Shown here: one piece after another, positions 1 through 11,800 of the stretch
How the letters are laid out: each line of letters begins with the position of its first letter
Position numbering within the stretch: position 1 is the stretch's first letter
From: Acanthaster planci
Taxonomy: Eukaryota
Reading direction: 5' to 3'
DNA: 64,000 nt
Assembly: GCF_001949145.1 (NCBI RefSeq)
Contig: NW_019091356.1
Span: 3,764,934-3,828,933 of the forward strand
Translations under genes and position numbers: made by a program
The notes under the pieces: generated by a model
Database searches by the model: none
Seen by the model: the letters and a program-made list of their open reading frames with translations, nothing else
What the model was told of the DNA's origin: nothing

Positions 1-218
1 ACCGAGTTTGAACAAGCCTGTTCAATTCTCTGCTGTTGCTAACAGCTTTACCGCTTCTGTTGATGCCTTCATTAAAACCTCATTTCTAAACATGAAAACA
101 CTGAAATGAACAGAAGTGAAAGGGAAACTAAATTGTGTAATTGGGTATCTATAATCCAGCTTACTGAAGACCAGTACACAGTTGCGTTCACAACATGCCG
201 TTTGTTATTATTCCTCAG

Positions 219-3200
219 ATCGCCTACAATGGCAGGCGGATTGTTTGCCATCGATAAGAGCTATTTCGAGGAGCTTGGTATGTACGATCCCGGCTTCAAC
301 ATCTGGGGTGGGGAGAACCTAGAACTCTCCTTCAAGGTAAGATAATGCTTGTCCTTATGGAGTTGTGTTTATGATCTTATGTTGTATGCTGAGGGTTTGC
401 ATGACTCCTGTGTGGTAGCCATATTGGTGGTCAATGGTGACAGTGCATGCTTTTTACAGAATGGCACAAATGACTTAATTGGATGCACAGGCTATTCACA
501 TACACCCTATGTGCTCATGTTCATCTTTCTATTGTTTGAATGTGTTTGGCGCCCTCTGTTGAGAATATAATACAATGCTAGCTCATTGTAAAAAAAAACT
601 GTGATATTATATTGTGGTAATTTACTGCTAATTGTGGACTGATGACAACTGGGATGAAACATTGACCAAAATAAAAGTGACGGGTTTGTGACACATCTTA
701 CGGCGTTATTTCATGGCAGAACGAGAGTTTGAAAAGCTTGAAATTTCCTCTTTCAAAATTGTACTCCTAATAAGAAGAGTTAATATAACAGAATTAGCCC
801 CGAAGCAAAATTTGTGAAATTGTTGAAAATCCTAGAGTTGTTGGATTCCCCCCCACCACTTTCTTTGTAGTTATGGATGTGCGGCGGCAAGCTTGAGTTC
901 GTCCCCTGCTCCCACGTGGGCCATGTCTTCCGCAAGAAGTCGCCTTACCACTTCCCGCCGGGCACCAACTACGTCAACCGCAACAACAAGCGGCTGGCCG
1001 AGGTCTGGCTGGACGACTACAAGAACTTCTACTACCGCATCTCGCCTGTGGTGGCCAAGACAGACCCAGGGGACTTGACGGAGCGACTGGACCTGAGGAA
1101 ACGGCTGAACTGCAAGAGCTTCAAGTGGTACCTGGAGAACATCTACCCGGAGTCTTCCTGGCCGGTGGATTACAAGTCCATGGGAGAGGTAGGTGGCCGG
1201 TGATGCTGATAAGATGTGATTCGGTTAGGATTCGAACCCACAGTGTCTCTGTTACAGCCTTGAGTCATTCTAACCAGAGGATTGCAAATCCATAGGAAAG
1301 GTAGGTGGACAGTGATGCTGATAAGACGGGACTTGAGTTGGATTCGAACCGACAATGTCTCTGTGACAGCCTTGAATCATTCTAACCAGAGGATTACAAA
1401 TCCATAGGAAAGGTAGGTGGCCAGTGATGCCGATAAGACGGGACTTGAGTTGGATTCGAACCCACAGTGTCTCTGTTACAGCATGGAGTCCTTCTGGCCA
1501 GTGGATTACAAATTCTTGAGGGAGATAGTTGGTTAATTATGGTAATAATAATTAACTTAGGTGGGATTTGAATCCACATTTTGCTGTTACTGCCTGGAGT
1601 CACCCTAGACTTTGACTTACAAGCTTTCTTACCCAAATAAAAGAAAATGCGACTAACATAGAAGGGATTCGACCTCTTACTTGTTCTTACTTGTGCAGCC
1701 TTACCATGCAGTTATTAAACTTCAAGCACTTTGTAAAACATTTTACAGCCAAAACACAATGTTTTCATTTAAATAGGGAATTCGGATTAACATGGCGTCC
1801 TGTGAGAAGTTTGTTTCTTCACGTCAGCAAGAGCGTTGAGTCTGTGGAAATCTACGTGCTCAGCTCAAAACTGTCCTCCACCCCGGCGTATTTTTGTTAC
1901 TGTTGCACTTTTTGTTTGTCTCTTTACAGATTCGAAACATGCAAAACAACAAATGCCTGGACACCATGATGAAGGAAAGCGGCCACAAAGTGGGCCTGTT
2001 CGGTTGCCACGGACAGGGAGGAAACCAGGTAAGCCCCGGCGGAAAAAAAAGGAGGATAGAGTAAATATTCACCCATAATGCCTTGCACTTTCTCAAGCCA
2101 AGCAAACCACGTTGCGCAGTTTCCATCACCAGAACCCAATTTCACGGCGCTGCTAAGCAGTCGTTTTGATGTTTACAGAGGCTCCGTGGATTTCAAGGAG
2201 GCAGTAAGCACTGCTAAAGGCATGCTTACCTTGGAGGAAATAATTGCCTATTTTAGTGATGTTACAAAGGAAGTCTCCATGCTCATGCATGCAGTTTTTG
2301 TTCTGAGCGTAGCAACTTTCACGGCGCTGCTAAGCAGACGTTTTGACGCTTACAGAGGCACCGTGGATTTCAAGGAGGCAGTAAGCACTGCTAAAGGCAC
2401 GCTTACCCTGGAGGAAATGATTGCCTAATTTAGTGATGTTACAAAGGAAGTCTCCATGCACATGCATGCAGTTTTTGTTCTGAGCGTAGCAACCGTGTAA
2501 TGTTCACTGGGAAATATGCTAATTGCTAAGCAAATTTTTGGTGCTACGGTTAGCAAGTTAAATAATGCGTAGTATACATTTGTTTTCACTGTGTGTGAGA
2601 GTAGCCGAAATAATTTACTGCTAGATGTATGAAATGATTGATTATAGCAAACTTCTTTTATTATTATTCACCTGTGAGTTTGACCACATGTGTAACGAAC
2701 AGTCCTATGTGTCTTCCAAACTGATTTTACATCTTTAAATATTTGCCAAACCAAAACTGTTCTGGGGCCCAATTTCATGGCGCTGCTTACAGCAAGCGAA
2801 AAATCGGCGCTCAGCGTAGCAGAAAATTCTGTGCCTACGGCGAACGTATTTCACTGGTTAACGAGGAATATTGGCTGGTACGCATGCATTAATCCCGTAG
2901 CTAAGGATTCTGTGCTCAAAAGGTGAGCTCAGAATCTTTCTGCTAGTGTGGTTTGCACAGAATTGAGATCATAAGTGCGGAATTCTGAGGTAAGCAGCGC
3001 CATGAAATTGGACCCTGGGTAGACTTATGTCAAATTTTAAAGTGCCAATACCTTTTGAAAAGTATGATTTCAAATTCTTTTATCTTTACGCCTCTTCACC
3101 TAAACCCAAACTCCAAACAAACAAGCGTTACTCATACAGGTTACGATACCAGGTGGGTCGAAAATCACAAGTCCAACATACAATATTTAAACATTATTTG

Positions 3201-4763
3201 GGGTAAAAGTTCAGTGAAACCAAATTTCACCCCGGGTGTGTAGAAAAGTTTGGTTATCCTTCCATTAGGTCAAGACTTTGTCTTTGTCAGCCATTTCCTT
3301 TGCTAGCTGCATGTAAAGAGTAAACACTGCTTCATTCATTCACTCTGCCACTCTTAGATTGTACCATTCAGCGATTTCCTTCTGTACTCATACTTGGGCT
3401 CAGGTTGACGTGATGATGAGATTTCGCCACCTTTCGTAGTCCACCTTTTGAATTGTTTCCCTTATGCAAGCATTGGTCATGGTACTCTGAAACCCTGCAT
3501 GTTACAGCAATTGACATGATTTGGGTGGAGCAAAATTTTGTGGAAGATTAGATTGAGGTGGTGAGAACGATGGGGCTTATCAAGCAGAGGTGTGCACTCG
3601 AACATACAATGCAGTTAGCAACACCAGGCTGTCAGATTGGTTGCATTGGGAAAGCTAGTGCTGTTTACAAGTCGACAATTAGAACATTCCGTGAAACTGG
3701 GGTTTTTTTTGTCTCGCATTCCCTCTGAGCAGATCTGGGCTATGACTAGGCTGCAGGAGCTGCGGCATGACGACGTCTGTCTGGACGTGGCCAGAGGCGG
3801 TCCCATCATGATGCTGAGCTGTCACTCACAGGGCGGTAACCAGCAGTGGGCGTACAACGCAGAGGTGAGTGGAACAACACAAGCTAATTCACAGTTCCGG
3901 GCATGGTCCCTGTCATTTTGCGGGGCAAGACAGGAAATGCGTTCGATAGAGACGGAGCCGTATTCCTGAAGATTTTCGATGAAGATGAAAATGTACTCCA
4001 GTGTTGACTTGCAAAAACTAAGCAATGTCAGATAGTTTACATGACCCATTGCAAAGTGTGTTCAAAGCCTACATTTTGGATTGCTCATATTTATGTTAAC
4101 CCTTTCACGCCGGGACGCGTTCAGACACGCTGTAAAAATTGAGATCCTCAGCCCGCTTTTCAGCTATTATTCTCGGCCCATGCTCGAGCTAACACGGTGA
4201 AAGAAGGCAGACCCTGGCTCTTGTGTATGTGGTAATTGGTCTTTGTGTGTAGCCCAGAAATGAAAAGACCGAATTTGCATCATAATAACTAGCTTCACAA
4301 TAGTCCCCACTTTGTAAAGAGGCAACAGGAATGTGGAAGCTTGAGTAGAGTCGCATGCCACCGAACAATCAGCCTTTTCACCGGTTAATTCATGCTGCGG
4401 TTTGGCAGGTGGCCTTCGTGGCCAAGCGAGGTTGGAATTCTTGGAGTTTGCTTTCGGAAAGAAATTCCCGCCGAGAAGGGGTTAATGAAATACAGAAAGC
4501 TGTTGATGAGTAGAGTTCAGTTGCGACTTTCTGATTGGATCGAAATTAGCTAAACACCTGTTAGTTAGTCTCAAATTTGTCTGGACAACTGCTGTCTAAC
4601 CTAAAAAATTGTTGTTTTTTTTCAACAGACGAAGGAACTGAAGCACAGCAACGGATTATGCATGGATCTGTCAGACAAGTCTCAGGATGAACCGGCTATG
4701 AAGCCATGCAACGGGCACCCCTCCCAGAGATGGCAAATGACCAGCTGGAATTGGAATGAGTAG
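219..4763 (+). CDS. GALNT1: Polypeptide N-acetylgalactosaminyltransferase, GALNT1/13-like; last 5 coding exons (5' part lies outside the window)
   Basis: Phase-consistent AG/GT exons at 219-336, 871-1188, 1930-2028, 3733-3864 and 4629-4763 (TAG). They encode [12 protein letters not shown]...[17 protein letters not shown]...[10 protein letters not shown] (Gal/GalNAc-T motif) and three ricin-B lectin repeats ([42 protein letters not shown]). Assignment to GALNT1 versus GALNT13 is uncertain. Confidence 0.93.
1150..1620. repeat. Tandem repeat, 112-bp unit, about 4.3 copies, spanning the GALNT exon 3' end and its splice donor
   Basis: Units start at 1150, 1262, 1374, 1486 and ~1597. The first three contain ...GGATT(A/G)CAA.TCCAT.GGA.AG|GTAGGTGG.C.GTGATGC.GATAAGA...GGATTCGAACC.ACA.TGTCTCTGT.ACAG; later copies are degenerate. 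Confidence 0.9.
2133..2493. repeat. Two tandem 177-bp copies beginning with a MITE-type terminal sequence
   Basis: Near-identical copies at 2140-2316 and 2317-2493. The start CCCAATTTCACGGCGCTGCT matches the TIR of the MITE at 2766. Confidence 0.85.
2766..3014. mobile_element. MITE, PIF/Harbinger-like non-autonomous DNA transposon
   Basis: TIR GGCCCAATTTCATGGCGCTGCTTAC ... GTAAGCAGCGCCATGAAATTGGACC, flanked by CTGG on both sides. A second family member lies at 39440-39658. Confidence 0.85.
4100..4481. mobile_element. piggyBac-like non-autonomous element
   Basis: TTAA at 4096-4099 and 4482-4485. Imperfect TIRs CCCTTTCACGCCGGGA / TCCCGCCGAGAAGGGG. Confidence 0.75.
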
Positions 4764-7700
4764 GCTTAATGGAATGGGAAAAAAGCCAGATCAGGTGGCC
4801 TATTATCACAGGATGCCTGGGAATTTGCCATGGAAGTTGTTTCAGGAAGTTCCTATGGAAGTTTTGTTGGCACGGAAGTTCTTGGGAAATGCCTTGGGAG
4901 TTGTTGGAGGGGGAAAGGGAAGTCAGGCATTTCGCTGGAGTTTCCTTGAAAAATGAATTTATTGTCACTGGGGAAAAACTCTGAAGGGGATCAGTGAAAT
5001 CCCAGAGATGCTAAATCGCAGCTGGAAAATCTGGCAATGGTTATTGGAATTTCCATGGAGTTGAGAAGGGTTATGGACTAGAAAAATACCCAGAATGAGA
5101 TCAAGCACTGATGGAAGTCCTGGGAATTTCCTTGAAAATCAGTGATGGAAAATCCTGCAGTTCTGAAGGAAGTTCCTGTAAGGTTTCTGTAAAGATTTAC
5201 ATTCGAAAGTTAGATATTTGCCTAATGGAGTTTCTTTGTGACCATGAAGATTCTCCAGTAATTCATATGACTTCAGCAAACCTTCCAGAGAAGTTGTGTT
5301 CAGTGATCTCTCTGATTTGTGAAAAGTATAACAGGAATTGCTTTTATGGATGCGAGAAGACCAATAAATGTGGCGGCAGTTGAATATTAATCCAAGGTCA
5401 CAGGTTAATCTCAGAGTGAAAAGTTAAAACCAAAAGTTTTTAAAATCAGTAAGCCAATATAGTCAAACATTCACGGGGGAATTTACTGAATTTATGTCCA
5501 AAGTAATGTTGCAAGATGCCTGTTTAATACAACTGGTGTATTTTTTATCTGTACGTGCGTTCGCATAACTGACCGCAGAAGTTCATGTTTTTGGGATTGA
5601 AAAAAACACAACACTCTTCATGAAAGCACATGTGGTTCTGGAAAGGAGTTGGTAAATGTAAAACTTAGAAGTGAACACCATTCTCCACAGTTGCCTAAAA
5701 ATAGCTGGTAAATCAAAGTGTCAAGATCCGAACGCAGTAACTGCCATTCCATTCCGCACTGGCGTCTCAGTCATGAACTGTGGACTGTGATGTAATGTCA
5801 GGAAATTGAGTTTGGTTGGGTCAAGTTCCACGACTAGACGCAGAATACCATGGTTGCCTTCATACTCCCAAGCAGAATGTTCCCTTTTGTTGATTTCGTA
5901 TCGTTTTATTTTTTTATCGACGATACTACCAGCCCCATCGCCAGTTTCAGGTATTAAGGGGGAGGGGGGGTCTCAGCTAGGGGGACCACATCGCAGGAAC
6001 AAAATATAGTTGTCATGCTTATGCTTTTTACTGATGGGAGGGGGCAGCTTCCCGCCAGGGGGGCCTAGGCCCCTCAGCACTGGGTACTACCTTTGGACAG
6101 CAATTTGACTTCATTTGTGCTGCCAGAAGACACACTGCCCAAAATATGGAAAGAAAAAATTTACTTTGTGTTTATTGTCTACTTTTTGGTGCAACTCCTT
6201 TCCTTAGAACTAATTTATGAAGAATGTTTCAATAGAGTTACATTTCCAACTCCATCTCCAACTCCTAATGTACATTTTTTTTTCTTATTTGATTTTCGGG
6301 AGTGTTATCACTGGTCATGTATTAAATGTTTGTCTTTCATTGGCTTAACTAGTGAGGCACGAAGCTGTTTTAATGTAGATAATGTACCATCTTCGCAAAT
6401 GTAGGGTTATTTTAAAGTGTCTTAAAAAGTCTGTTTGTTGTTAATAGCATATACTTGCAGTGTCTTGCTTCACTGATTGGTCCCCTCAAAGCATGTTGCT
6501 TTAATCTTGGTACATTGGTCTGAATATGAGTTTGTTGGCTGTTATCTTAGGCGTTTGCTTCTTGGACCAAATTCACGGGAGACAGAAGTCACACAGTGCA
6601 CTGGCAGAAATGTTTTGCAGCATTTAAAGTTTGTCTTTTCCTCGAAACAACCACAGTTTAATTGAATGACACTGATCTAATTTTTAAACTTGTTCATTTG
6701 CACGACATCGTTGCGCGGAATGTTCTATTATGGCTCACACATCGTGTCATTGATTAAACTAAGATCAAAATGCTGTTTTCTTCTGCTTGGAATGGTGTGC
6801 AGTTTGCTCAAACTCTAGTGCATGCCAGGTACAATTTGTGGATGATGGCATTTATGGAAGGTGGGCAACTTATCCCTTTAACTGTTTCAAGAAAATGAGG
6901 CATCATTTTTTGGGGGGGGGGGTTGAAATAGAGCATGACGATCTTGTCTCTGTTCTTGTAGATTTGTACAGTGTTTTCTATCTGGTAGGTGCAAAAAACC
7001 AGAGGATAATTATAATAACAATCAAAGTGTGTGTTTATAATGCAAATTTCATTAATTAACCTTGATGAACTGGCTAATTTAGAAACTAATATATATGAAT
7101 ACAGACATTATTTTTCCAGGAATTGATATCAATATGGCAAAAGCAGAGCTCTGTGTAAATAACCCTTTTTTGGAAGGGTTTGTCAAACTTTTGTTTATGC
7201 ACATATCTAAACAATGCCTGCTCAAGCCTCAAATAATAATACTAATTGTTGCCAAAAGATTAGTGTAAAAAGAACTATTCATTTAACACTGCCCTCTGTT
7301 GGCCGCATTGATCATCGCTTTTATTCAAATTTTATACAAATTATCACTGTGGCCTTTCTTGTGCAACGGGAAAAGAAAAAACTTAGTCGAGCCCATGTTC
7401 GTTTTCATCTCATGTACTCAGATACCATTCTGTTTGGAGTGTGAGCTGATTGATGTGACAGTCTCCCTCTAATCTGATCGAAATTTGATGGATTTTATTT
7501 TGGGGGGGGAGGTAATTGCTTGCAGGAAGGTTCAAAAACAGAAGTGTTTTCCTAATCATCAATTTAAGATCTGTCCCATCATCATTTCAGTGCAGAACTT
7601 GTCACAGAGTTCGAATTATTCCAATAACAGACATCAGCCAAATTTTGTACAAAGTTAGACGTGATGCTTTGGACAGGTTGGAAGACAGCAAGGAGAAAAT

Positions 7701-8069
7701 AATGGTTTCTGTTGGATAGTTTGGAGATAAAGAATTAGACTTCAACAATAGAAGACAATCAAATTTGTACCAACGTAAATGCATAGTTACTGTGATACAC
7801 AAGTGCCTTTAATTGTATTGTTAAAATTAATTTTAGGAGAAATGTTGTGATGCATTGTGTTTCTATTTTCCCTTTGTATTTAATTTCAAAGCATGCAGCA
7901 GTGACATTTTGTCATTTCCCCTATTTTATTTTTGGAATCATTTCATAGTGACCGACATCAAACAGTAATGTGATTGGTTGATGTCACTCGCATGACTTGC
8001 TAGTTTAGGTTAGTTTTCTTTTACTTTAATGGAAATGTCAAGCAATATTTTATCTTATATGTGTACAAA

Positions 8070-8075
8070 AATAAA
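8070..8075 (+). terminator. Candidate GALNT polyadenylation signal (a proximal alternative is at 5363-5368)
   Basis: AATAAA at the end of a long AT-rich UTR-like tract, followed by GT/T-rich sequence. Confidence 0.4.
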
Positions 8076-8199
8076 TAAGAGAAATGTGCTTAAAATTTCC
8101 TTTGGCATCAAGCGTTCTGGTTGCTTGGTTATTTGTTTTTCATCTCAAATTTGGAGATGGTATTTTAAATTGTAATTCAATCACTAATTTCTTGTACAG

Positions 8200-8820
8200 A
8201 TATGAGCAGACGACATTTTCCTTCAAAGTTGGTGTGAGCCCTCTATCGTCTCGTTTGCGTTGTCCAGCGTCTGGTATCCGACCCTACCCAGTGGCTCGTG
8301 ATATACCAGGCTACCTTGACAGGTGGAATTTGCATTAGAATAGGCACTCGTACCGTGCGCTGGTTTTCTCATTTCGACGACCCTCATCGACAATATCGGT
8401 TTTCAAGCAGAATTCGAGTGGTTTTGCTACAACTGTATCTGTAGATAGTGGTCAAGATACTTCTTGTACTCTTTGGAAGAACTCGGCACTGTTGACACTG
8501 AGTTTGAACCCAGGTGTGAGCTTTTTTTGGCGAGGTAGCGGAAGAGCCGAGAAGCATTTTTGAAGGTATGTGTAGAAAGCAATGGGTTGCAAGGGACGCC
8601 ATTTCCACGGCTCAGTGAACATGCAAGATGAGACCGGCACCTTTCCGCCCACTGGCGAAGTTTGCCGAACGTCGCTGCTAGCCGTATTTTCAAGTAGCCC
8701 TAGGCCTACTTTTTACTGTCAATTTAGGACGCTTAGACCTACCTGAAAAGTCGGATTATTTTTGATCGCCATCTTCAAATATTCATTTTCTTTTTTCCTC
8801 AGCGGTGCCATGACATGTCA
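8200..8820 (+). promoter_or_regulatory. CpG-rich candidate promoter or first non-coding exon, probably of NEK10
   Basis: Local CpG enrichment against CpG-poor flanks. A candidate donor AAG|GTATGT is at 8565/8566. The first coding exon of NEK10 starts at a splice acceptor, so an upstream exon is required. Confidence 0.4.
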
Positions 8821-11800
8821 TGCACATGACATACGTCACATAATAAATTTTACACCTTCAATTTATGTTTTTGGGAAAGCATCAGGCTCGGCAGAATGAC
8901 AAGTCTGGTAGACAAGTCTCCATGCTATTTATTGCCTATAGGTGTCTTGAATATTGTATTTTCTGACCTGGGCCTACTTGAAAATGGTTAAATGGTTTCT
9001 TTGAAATTTATATAAATTTCTTCAAACATTTTGGACAGTATCTATCCGTATCCTACTTGTGAAAGAGAAGTATTTCTGTAGGCCTACAGGTTTTACCTTT
9101 TCAAATGCATTTTCTTTGGCTGAGTACCGTGGAAGAGAGATGTATAGAAAGATTTTGCTTTTGAACCCACACCTGCATTGGTCTGAAACATTTGTATCTT
9201 TGAAAATAACTTTCCAGCTGTTTTCAGAATAAACGCTTGGCAGAATCTGTCATTTCCAGATTTTATTTCAGTAAAACTTGTGAACAGTTGGGCAGAAAGT
9301 AGGCTTACCTTTGAACACTTTGAGTCACCATAATGCCAAGAACATCAAACATAGAAAACAGGAACTTTCTTCCCCTGTACTGCATGAAAATTTCCTGATG
9401 AAAGTCTTAAAATTGAAAGTTGCGCCAAGCATTTAACACATGGGTAGTTATTTTAGAAGATTTTGCTGTTCCAAACTGTTTTTGGTACATGTATTAAAGT
9501 AAAATCTTTCCAGATGTACACGTATGTACGTTATGGCCTGTGACTGTGCAAGCTATATTTTAAGTATATTGTCTTTGCAGACGGAGCATAGAATTTGGAA
9601 TTATTTTATACGTGGGATTTGAAAAGAAGAAAAAAAGCTGTAATGCCAGGCTTACTGCTGGGCACTCTACGATCCCCAAAATCAATACACGTTGACGGAG
9701 TCTGTTCCTAGTGGGGCAATTTGTAAAGAAAGACCCTCAAGCTATTGACCTACTGACTTCTTGTCTTTTTAGTGTTGTAGAGTGTGAGTGTTGCTTTTCA
9801 ACTGTTATATTATAATTAATTCATATGTGGAGGCGACGCTTTGGTATTCTGTGTTGAGGGAGTACATCATTATGTTCAATGCATAGGCTGTTTGAATAGG
9901 TAAAATCTGAGAAAAAGTAATTTACTTTAGAGTTGCTGTTTAAGTGAACAAATTTATACACTTACTGTGTAGCCAAAAGGGGAAGGGAAGGGAGATATCA
10001 AAAGTAACATTAAATTATTGGTAAATATATCATTGGTCAACTGGTATTAATTTTGATGTCTTTTTGCCCAGCCCGACGTGTATTACAACATTGTGTACTC
10101 AATGTTTGCCCCTGAAGGCTTGTTATAAAAACCCATAAGCCTACTCGGGTTGTACTTCATAAAGATATGCATATACATAATTGTAGAGTACAAATTGGAC
10201 TTGTCTGCATTTAAGCATTCTTGCTTCAAGCATGGAAATTATGAAACAGAAGATGTGGTATTGTTGGTTGAAACTCTTCTCTTGCATTCCATTGACTGCG
10301 TTGGCATTTGTGATCCTTTCCTATCTAGAATGCCGTGCAAATAGACACAGGTCCATGAACGTAATAAAAAAAAAGAAATCTGCCATTGACTGTAAAAGTA
10401 CATCTGCATACAGTGGATTTCTCCATTTAGATTACAAAACCACACGGGTCCAAAGCTCGAGGACTTGCTGTGTGATTAACAGAAATACGCCAATCTATCT
10501 GTGCATTCATTGAAAACAGGTAGTTCGTCGGAGCTGGTGTTTGCATTGTGTAATTGTGAGACATGTTGAGTAATGCTGGGAGAAGCACGCGTAGCTTGAA
10601 GTGCTTTTGTGCTGCAAGCAACTCTGTTAGTATTTGGGAATCAGGAATGCCATTACATTTGGGAGGCAGATCCAAATGAAACATTTGTACTTGTACGTGC
10701 ACCTGCTTTTATAAAAGGAATTTGTGACATTGTATATTGACAGTTGCTGCATGGGGATGTATTGAAATGTTTGAAAAGGATTCACATAATGCAGTGATTC
10801 AAAATACAGGTAATGGACAGTCTGCCTTTGAAGTGTACCCCCAGGCGGCAAAAGAAAGACAGATTGTTGTAAGTTTCCCAAGCGGGTTCTTGCACACATT
10901 CTGCGTGTATGCAAAGAGCATATATTAAGGAATAAATTCGTTACACGTACTCTGTGTGCTTTGTGTCAAACCTGCCACTGATCTCCATCATAGACGCACG
11001 CCTATGCGGTGAGTACCAAAAAAGCACGCCCTCTTTTGTTCGGCTTGGAGCGGATAACATCTTCCTGCACCATTTGCGCGTAACTGAACTCTTGAGGTCA
11101 AAACTACACATCAAGAGTACATACATGTATGTCCGACTACATTTGTTGGCCACAGTGATCTTATTCATGTACAGTTCTGAACTTAAAGTTTCCAGTGTCC
11201 GCACAGTGTTTTCAGAGTAACAAGATCTAAGAATTCTAAAAAATCGTTACAAATGTTTGATAGTGTCACAGGCACGGAGACATTGGCCTTACTCTACTGA
11301 AAAGTGATTTTGATTGCACAGAAATGTTTCACAAAATACCTCAAAAGCATTAGATTGTCACAGTTATCCTAAGCACTGAAGCAGGTTTTTTTTATTACCT
11401 GCTCACAGTACCGTCCCCCTGATGACAGAGTGCCCTTTTCAGTTCAAAACAAGCCAGTGGTATTGTCTGAGACTTCTACCTCCCGCTGCGCGAGGAGCCA
11501 ACCATTTACCATTCTGTACCCTTGGAGTCAGGTGTGTACAATGCAGTCAACCCCCCCACCCCATGCCACACAGAGTTGAGCAAAGTTCATAAGCCAACCG
11601 CTGGAATTTTTTCTTTTGCGGTTTAAATGCACAGCTAGGCATGAGTTATTGTATTCCACCCCTGTGCATGATAACCCAGAGACGTTGCTTAAAGGTGCAG
11701 TGTGTGGGTTTACATAATTACTTTTGGCCCAGAAAGAACCAAACTGTGACAAATTTATACGTGCAAACTCATCCGTTTGTTTCTAACAATTTATGTAGCA

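Noticed and set aside
2078..2428. 116-aa ORF with an internal repeat
   Set aside because: It is a by-product of the 177-bp (3n) MITE-related duplication inside a GALNT intron.
1150..2493. Regularly spaced repeats as a CRISPR array
   Set aside because: The units are full-length tandem duplicates with no unique spacers, there are no cas genes, and the context is a eukaryotic intron.
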